Virus record (IMG/VR): IMGVR_UViG_3300045988_145346
DNA: 33,568 bases
From: a virus
Reading direction: 5' to 3' (one strand)
Shown here piece after piece: positions 27,850 to 33,568 of this stretch. The notes beneath the pieces are model-generated. The model had not been told where the DNA came from. It saw only the letters and a program-made list of their open reading frames with translations, and searched no databases. Position numbers and translations under genes: made by a program. Every line of letters begins with the position of its first letter. Position 1 is the stretch's first letter.

Positions 27850-28225
27850 TCACCCCAAATCTTTGTTTTTTTAGTCCTAAACGGCTTAATTCAGAATTTT
27901 TTATGAATAAACCACCTCCAGGAACAAGATATGAGCCAGAAACAGAGTAACCAAGTGCACTCTCTGTTGTCTGAGTCATGGGTTCTTGATCAGTTGATGT
28001 CATAAGCGTTCTAGCAACAATATCTACCGTAACTGACTTTACAACACTTGAAAAATAAGAAGGTTTTTCAGAAATCATTACATCTAAATCCCTCCCCACT
28101 TTATCAGCTTCTTCACGTAAGGTATCCGAGACAATTTCAAGCAACTTTTCAGCTCGTTCTTTTTCATCTCCCTTTAATGGGCGCCATAGCATCGTTAAAT
28201 CATCAACTGTAGCAAAAGGATTCAT
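27827..28225 (-). CDS. Head-tail connector protein.
   Basis: Position in the operon. Confidence 0.45.
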   Translation of the reverse strand: MNPFATVDDLTMLWRPLKGDEKERAEKLLEIVSDTLREEADKVGRDLDVMISEKPSYFSSVVKSVTVDIVARTLMTSTDQEPMTQTTESALGYSVSGSYLVPGGGLFIKNSELSRLGLKKQRFGVIDFYGND

Positions 28226-28226
28226 A

Positions 28227-28526
28227 TTACTCCTTTCCTTGCTCCATCATCAAATCATAAAGCACTTGTTTGTTTGCACGTTTATCATATCTAATACCGA
28301 AAGCATCAAGTTCTTGCATGATTTGATCTTTAGTAATCCAGTCATAGTTCCCATCTACATTTGATTCTTCCACAACTTGCTCTTGTTCAGCTTTTTTGGA
28401 GTCTGCATCATTAGCTTGGATATCTACAACAGCTTCTTTCGATTCATTTTCAAGTACCCAATCTCCGCCAGAAATTTTGAAATCTGTGTCGATTGTAGCT
28501 TTAGTTAATGTATTAAAGTATCTCAT
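28227..28526 (-). CDS. Small acidic protein with a C-terminal HeH/Rho-N-like motif, downstream of the major capsid gene.
   Basis: ITKDQIMQELDAFGIRYDKRANKQVLYDLM. Confidence 0.4.
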   Translation of the reverse strand: MRYFNTLTKATIDTDFKISGGDWVLENESKEAVVDIQANDADSKKAEQEQVVEESNVDGNYDWITKDQIMQELDAFGIRYDKRANKQVLYDLMMEQGKE

Positions 28527-28540
28527 TTAATACCTCCTTA

Positions 28541-29437
28541 TTAATTAGCTTCAGTTACCCGAGCAAATTTAGTAGCATCAAGGATACCCCAACCAAGGAA
28601 TAATTCAGCACGGATGTAAACTTGGTTATATCCTTTAAGGTCAAGACCTGAGTTGTCTGGGTCACCGTATTGGATAACTTCGAGTGGCACTTCTTTCGCG
28701 TAACCCCATTTAAATCCGTTAGCAAAATCTCCGATGATAGCGCGGTCTCTTTGCGTCAACGACATATCAGATACTGTCTTATTGACATCTACTGGCAAGC
28801 CGTTGATAGTATCTGGTGTTGCTCCCCATTTCAATTCAGGGAAAAGTGCATTTCCTTGCAAGTCTTTTTGTTTAGCGAGGGCTGAACGGAATGATGGATT
28901 GATTGCAATACCAGTTACATCAGCATCAACACCAGTTAACAACTCTACCGCATTTTCAATAGCGCCGTTGGGATCTGCAATGCCTCTTGGAGCTTCAACT
29001 TTTTGCGTAACTTTAGAGTCAAAGTGGTTTGTCCCAATAACAGCCGATGCTGTACCTAGGCGAGGGTTGACACCGTGAAATGCCATTAAGTCAATACCAC
29101 GAGCAACTTTTTTAGCAAAACCGTCATTAAACGCCTGCAAGATGTTAATTTTTTCTTCATCTGATGCGTACATAAATTCGTCTGAAATACGTGCACCGTA
29201 TTCAACTTTGATTGGTACCATTGTTTGTGGTGCAAGTGTTACTCCGCCGTGGGTTTTCTTACCGCTCTCTGCTACGACATCAATTTCTGAATCCATCGTA
29301 AATGTGAAAACTTTTTCACCGTTGAACGGAATAGGTTTTTGAGCTGACAAGCGTGCGATTGAGCTTTTTCCAGCTACTTTGCTGATTAGGTCTGTGACCA
29401 ATTCTGGGTCAAATAATGTTCCTTTGTTTAATACCAT
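28541..29437 (-). CDS. Major capsid protein (HK97 fold).
   Basis: 298 aa. It follows the scaffold gene, and the sequence is characteristic of Sfi11/A118/TP901-type capsid proteins. Confidence 0.85.
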   Translation of the reverse strand: MVLNKGTLFDPELVTDLISKVAGKSSIARLSAQKPIPFNGEKVFTFTMDSEIDVVAESGKKTHGGVTLAPQTMVPIKVEYGARISDEFMYASDEEKINILQAFNDGFAKKVARGIDLMAFHGVNPRLGTASAVIGTNHFDSKVTQKVEAPRGIADPNGAIENAVELLTGVDADVTGIAINPSFRSALAKQKDLQGNALFPELKWGATPDTINGLPVDVNKTVSDMSLTQRDRAIIGDFANGFKWGYAKEVPLEVIQYGDPDNSGLDLKGYNQVYIRAELFLGWGILDATKFARVTEAN

Positions 29438-29440
29438 GTT

Positions 29441-29905
29441 TTATTCTCCTTCTGTTTTTAGTCCATCGACTAATTTACGATAAGCTCCATCTTTTCCGTC
29501 ACCCAAATTTGGTTCAACATCTTTAAGTGGTGCAGGTGGAGTTTTTGGTTTAATGAATCCGCTGAAACGTTCAGCATCAGCTTTAAGTGATTCTTCATCA
29601 TCGCCTGAAAGTCGGTCAGCCAAATCTAATGGCAAACCAGCTTTAATAGCAATAGATTGTTTGAGTTGAGTTGTTTTGTAACCACTGATTTGTTTTTCAT
29701 AATCAGCTTTTTCTTGTTCCCAAGACTTTGATTCTTCAATAGTTGCTTGATATGCAGTGTTATCTGCTTCAAGTGCAGCAATTTTAGTTTTGAGTTCATC
29801 ATAATCAGCAAAATTAGCTTCAATTGTTTCTTTTTGGCGTGCCAATCTTGTTTCAATGATTTGGTTTAACTCTTCTTGCGTTTTTGGTAAATTATTTTCT
29901 GACAT
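29441..29905 (-). CDS. Scaffolding protein (start at MSENNLPK).
   Basis: Coiled-coil acidic protein. AGGAGAAAGGA ribosome-binding site. Confidence 0.65.
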   Translation of the reverse strand: MSENNLPKTQEELNQIIETRLARQKETIEANFADYDELKTKIAALEADNTAYQATIEESKSWEQEKADYEKQISGYKTTQLKQSIAIKAGLPLDLADRLSGDDEESLKADAERFSGFIKPKTPPAPLKDVEPNLGDGKDGAYRKLVDGLKTEGE

Positions 29906-29951
29906 AGTCAAATCCTTTCTCCTGCTTGCCCGGCAGTTCGGTAATTTTTGG

Positions 29952-29980
29952 TACAAAAAAACGACTTAAAAAGTCGTCTA
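29952..29980 (-). terminator. Hairpin followed by a U-run directly after the large terminase stop (an intra-operon attenuator).
   Basis: Minus strand ACGACTTTTTAAGTCGT then TTTTTTTG. Confidence 0.45.
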
Positions 29981-31387
29981 ATACCGTATTTGTTGTTTTT
30001 TATTCGGCTTGTTATTACTACAAGCCCAATGCGCCAACAACGCACTGTCCATTAAACTGATATCCATATCATCAAATTGTGATTTATATCCAAATCCACC
30101 GCTAGTACCGATATTTCTCTTGTCACAGTTAGTGACTACAGTAGAAAGTGAAGGTTGTCCAGAATGGCAAAAGTTTTTTTGAAAAATCCCTTGTTCCCAT
30201 AGGGAATTAGCATTGATAATTTCTTTTACAGTTGGTAGTATCGGTTCTTTCAATTTGAAATCTTTCATTTCACTCGTTAAGATACTTTGACCACTTTGAC
30301 CATCAATAACAACTTTTTCAACATCTGCTTTCTTTAAGAAATTGATAATCCATTGGTTGCCATTCCTTATGGACTGACAATCGATTGTTTCAACAAATAC
30401 CTTTCCTGATAGTGTTTTCACCGCAATACTCATTGCAACATTTGCACCATCATTCCCATACTTAATACCAACAAAGAGCTTCCCTTTGATAACTGGCAAA
30501 CGATTAACCTTGAGCGCATTCCATTCTTGTTCTGAAATGACTGATTTCTGGTTATATTTTGGCCAATAACCAAGACGTTGAACATTATGATCCAACTTAT
30601 CTTCACCAAGTTCGGCTTCGATTTTACGTTCGTTTAAGTGATAGCCCATAGATGGATTAGAATTGTACCAGGCTTCGACATCATGAATGTCCTTGACATC
30701 TTCAACCGACCACTCCGCCCAACCTGAATACTTTGCTTTACCAGCTATGGTATTATCTCGATAATTTGTAAAAACAGTTCCACTTGATACTGGTGTTGGA
30801 GGTGTTCCACACATTATAGTCATTGGATTATCACTGTCAGTAACAGTATATTTCAATGCTGATTCTTGCTCAGTAGTATATTCCTGAGCTTCATCAATTA
30901 CTAAAATGTCAAATCCTTCTCCAAGACCACCACTTGATGTTCTTGTTCTGAACTGAATTACTCCACCAGACTCAATTAATTCCAATCTTTCTTGCCCTTT
31001 AGCTTTGATAGATTTGAAATCTTCTCCTTCAACATAACCACTATCTTCAAGATATTTTTTTAATTTCTCATAAGATGAGTGAGACGTACTAATTCGGTGT
31101 GCTGTATGAAGAATACTTAAGCCTTGTTCAAGTGACCATAATTCAAGGATATATACAATTTCTGTTTTACCATTCCGCCGTGGGATTGAATATCCAAACT
31201 TTTGATGTGTCCATAAACCATCTTCATCAATGGCCATAACCTCTTTCAAAAGGTTCTTTTGCCATGGATAACACTCATGTTTAGATTTTTCGTAAATCTC
31301 AATAGCTTCTTGATATTTTGTTTCAGTAAATGGAAGTATTACCGATTGAGTAGGATACTGATTGCCAAATCTTTTTTCAGCAGTCAT
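29978..31387 (-). CDS. Terminase large subunit.
   Basis: Walker A PRRNGKTE, Walker B ILVIDEAQE, and a C-terminal nuclease domain. AAGGAGGAATAAC ribosome-binding site. Confidence 0.85.
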   Translation of the reverse strand: MTAEKRFGNQYPTQSVILPFTETKYQEAIEIYEKSKHECYPWQKNLLKEVMAIDEDGLWTHQKFGYSIPRRNGKTEIVYILELWSLEQGLSILHTAHRISTSHSSYEKLKKYLEDSGYVEGEDFKSIKAKGQERLELIESGGVIQFRTRTSSGGLGEGFDILVIDEAQEYTTEQESALKYTVTDSDNPMTIMCGTPPTPVSSGTVFTNYRDNTIAGKAKYSGWAEWSVEDVKDIHDVEAWYNSNPSMGYHLNERKIEAELGEDKLDHNVQRLGYWPKYNQKSVISEQEWNALKVNRLPVIKGKLFVGIKYGNDGANVAMSIAVKTLSGKVFVETIDCQSIRNGNQWIINFLKKADVEKVVIDGQSGQSILTSEMKDFKLKEPILPTVKEIINANSLWEQGIFQKNFCHSGQPSLSTVVTNCDKRNIGTSGGFGYKSQFDDMDISLMDSALLAHWACSNNKPNKKQQIRY

Positions 31388-31437
31388 GTTATTCCTCCTT
31401 CAATCTAAATGCATGATAACCCTGTCGCTGGGATGAG

Positions 31438-32202
31438 TTATTTTTTACTTTTTAAATTCAAATTTTTACGTTCAGCAATCTTTGCTTCTTTATCTGGGTC
31501 AACCCAGTTTTTAGACCAAACATCCTGACGTAGTTTATGAATACCTCTAGGATCGTATTCTACTGTGCAACGGCAACGCTCATGACGATGATACACGTCA
31601 CTTGGAACATTAGGATAATCGTATGAACCTGCCAAATTTCTACACCAATCGCATGCTTTACCTACTAACTTTCGTACAATTTTTGGTTTTAAACCTGCTT
31701 TTGCTTGAAAATCAATATTTTTCTTAATCGTATCATCAACAACACTCTGGCTAAATGTTACTATTGGCTCTTTCAAAAGCCAAAGTATTTTTTCAAAATC
31801 ATCTTCACTAGAAATACGGTTAACAATGCCATCAATTCTATCTTGGTTTAATTCTGGTACTTGTGATTTTAATTTAAACCCAGCTAACTGATTGAGTTCA
31901 CTTTGAACATCTATTGAATAGCCTGAAATTAATTCAAAATTTTTATTCAATATGGAATTGAACAATCTATCTGCAATGTTGAAATACATTTTTCCGTCAG
32001 GTAAAACATCTACTGTTACATGAGTTCCCAAAACATCAGATAAAATTTGACCAACTTCGACACCAAATTCATTTGCTTGAATATAAGTTGCTTTTTTAGT
32101 TTTCAACAATTCCATTGATTGCTTCAACTTTTTACTATTTGCTGCTCTTTCATCAAAATCTTGATTTATTTTTTCTAAAAGAGGTGGTAAAATGTCTTCC
32201 AT
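31438..32202 (-). CDS. Minor head / head morphogenesis protein (MuF/SPP1 gp7-like) with a C-terminal Cys/His cluster.
   Basis: CDWCRNLAG...YHRHERCRCTV. ATG overlaps the portal stop in a TAATG arrangement. Confidence 0.55.
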   Translation of the reverse strand: MEDILPPLLEKINQDFDERAANSKKLKQSMELLKTKKATYIQANEFGVEVGQILSDVLGTHVTVDVLPDGKMYFNIADRLFNSILNKNFELISGYSIDVQSELNQLAGFKLKSQVPELNQDRIDGIVNRISSEDDFEKILWLLKEPIVTFSQSVVDDTIKKNIDFQAKAGLKPKIVRKLVGKACDWCRNLAGSYDYPNVPSDVYHRHERCRCTVEYDPRGIHKLRQDVWSKNWVDPDKEAKIAERKNLNLKSKK

Positions 32203-33431
32203 TATTCAGCTCCTTTAATTCCAGTTAAATCACGAATAGTATCTTTATTGATGAACTCAGGAATTGCTTGATTGAGTTTAATTGCTCCATCTCCAATAAG
32301 ACTTAACATGCTTGCATCAGCTTCAAACAATGGTTCCCATTTCGGTTTTGTTTTGCTAAACTGTTCTCTTAGATAAGGTACATCATCACGCAAACATGCT
32401 GCAAGATAAGCTACATTTAGTAATCCTGCTCCCAAACTTCGTTGAGCCTTTCTACCAGCCAATCGTAAGTTTTCATGACTTGCCTTAATTGCTTCAACCG
32501 ATGATGGATTATCAGAAACGAATCCTAAATCATCAAGAGTTAATCCAGTTTCACCAGCAAAACCAGCCGCTGCAGTTCTGAGTTGTTCAGTAAATGGAGA
32601 CATGCTTGGTTGAGTAAATTGTCCAAGAGTTGGTTTATCGCCATCCTCATCTTTTGTAAATTGCAACATGCTTGAAACTGTTGCTTTCCAAGTTTCCATT
32701 GGTTCCGCATCATCACTCAATCCAGTTACATATTTTTGAGGGAAAGAATAAAACTCAGCAGTTACATCAGCTCTTTCAAGTGTTCGTTTTGCATTGCTTT
32801 GCCAATACATTCCTGAACGTGTAATACGAGAACGCCCAAATGGACGAACTGCATCAGGGCGGTGAATGATAGGTACTAACAGTGGATGACCTGTTGGATT
32901 TGCAATCGAAATATTATTATGTGAATCACGATAATAATAATCTGTTCTATCAGGCAAGAAATGAGCTTCAAGAACAACGTTATTGTTTTCATCTCGTTCT
33001 AAAACTGCATATCCCTCTGTCAGTAATCCAGTAATTGGGTCAATGATTCCTGTTGCATTGACCGCTTCAATAACTTGAAGTCGTACTGCATCATTTTCAC
33101 CTTTAGAAATATAAATAAAGCTACATGATGCAATAAGCGCTGACAAGATAGCACTATCAAAAAATATATCAGGATTATTTTCCTCAAAAATTTCATTTAC
33201 TGTAAAGTCATCATTTTCAAATTCTCGAAAAACAAGACGGTCTGCAAGACTATCAACTCCTTTTGCACACCAGCCTAATATTGAACGATATTGTTGGCTT
33301 AATGCTTGTGGAATTGTAATCCCTTTGAATCTATCAACATATTTCATCGCATATTGCTCATAGCGCATTTCTGCTCTTTGTTTATGAACAGATAGCTTAA
33401 ATCTCAGGTATCCAATACCTTTTTCAGTCAA
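32202..33431 (-). CDS. Portal protein. The likely start is the TTG at 33429..33431, after GAAAGGAG. The ORF track extends it to a TTG at 33470.
   Basis: About 410 aa, upstream of the MuF-like protein. The start overlaps the end of the 216-aa HNH gene by 8 nt. Confidence 0.65.
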   Translation of the reverse strand: MTEKGIGYLRFKLSVHKQRAEMRYEQYAMKYVDRFKGITIPQALSQQYRSILGWCAKGVDSLADRLVFREFENDDFTVNEIFEENNPDIFFDSAILSALIASCSFIYISKGENDAVRLQVIEAVNATGIIDPITGLLTEGYAVLERDENNNVVLEAHFLPDRTDYYYRDSHNNISIANPTGHPLLVPIIHRPDAVRPFGRSRITRSGMYWQSNAKRTLERADVTAEFYSFPQKYVTGLSDDAEPMETWKATVSSMLQFTKDEDGDKPTLGQFTQPSMSPFTEQLRTAAAGFAGETGLTLDDLGFVSDNPSSVEAIKASHENLRLAGRKAQRSLGAGLLNVAYLAACLRDDVPYLREQFSKTKPKWEPLFEADASMLSLIGDGAIKLNQAIPEFINKDTIRDLTGIKGAE

Positions 33432-33568
33432 TTTTTTGCTCCTTTCTCTCGTCTTTAAGATATTGAACAATTCTCATATATCTTTTCCGACTAAAAACAT
33501 TACTATTTTTATACCAAACAAAAAAGTCATGATTCCTTTTACTAGAATTACAACTTCTACAAGCCGGA
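33424..33568 (-). CDS. 3' end of the 216-aa HNH endonuclease gene. 33450..33568 duplicates positions 1..119 (the circular join).
   Basis: Exact 119-nt identity between 1..119 and 33450..33568. Confidence 0.7.
   Translation of the reverse strand, partial: PACRSCNSSKRNHDFFVWYKNSNVFSRKRYMRIVQYLKDERKEQKID

Noticed and set aside
28734-29078. Plus-strand 114-aa ORF antisense to the major capsid gene
   Set aside because: Antisense artefact inside a confident capsid gene.
29626-29856. 76-aa minus-strand ORF in an alternative frame inside the scaffold gene
   Set aside because: Lys/Leu-rich frame artefact of the coiled-coil scaffold gene.
33432-33470. Portal start at the TTG at 33470, as in the ORF track
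   Set aside because: It has no ribosome-binding site and lies deep inside the HNH gene. The TTG at 33429..33431, preceded by GAAAGGAG, is more plausible. An ATG further in (MRYEQY) remains an alternative.

Overview
The window is a complete, circularly closed dsDNA siphovirus genome of about 33.45 kb. Its first 119 nt are repeated at 33450..33568. It is AT-rich, and almost every gene lies on the minus strand. The holin, the ArpU/Alt-type late activator, the Sak4 ATPase, the Dit/Tal baseplate genes and the GH25 lysin point to a Lactococcus P335-group-like phage. No integrase is present, so it is probably a virulent derivative.

Minus-strand transcription order is as follows:
- Cro-like early operon, with the divergent XRE repressor and ImmA protease on the plus strand.
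- Replication module: Gp157-like, Sak4, SF2 helicase, DUF669, PrimPol and a D5-type primase-helicase.
- A non-coding origin of replication with two tandem iteron modules.
- VRR-NUC nuclease, a double-HTH protein, YopX, DUF1642 and dUTPase.
- ArpU late activator, two HNH endonucleases, then portal, MuF-like protein, large terminase, scaffold and major capsid.
- Five head-tail joining genes, the major tail protein, and the G/T tail chaperones joined by an A_AAA_AAC -1 frameshift site.
- Tape measure protein (TMP), Dit, short Tal, baseplate protein and receptor-binding protein (RBP).
- Holin and a signal-peptide GH25+LysM endolysin.

The outstanding feature is the TMP gene. It is split into four exons by three tandem, mutually homologous group I introns (T4 td-like core by recollection). 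Each intron carries its own HNH homing-endonuclease ORF. The exons include 77-nt and 28-nt mini-exons and splice to a predicted 884-aa TMP.

Other notable points:
- The origin has two homologous iteron modules with different iterons (ATGGAACAG versus ACGGTAACAG).
- Gene order is portal, MuF-like protein, large terminase, with no recognisable small terminase.
- The lysogeny module is only a remnant.
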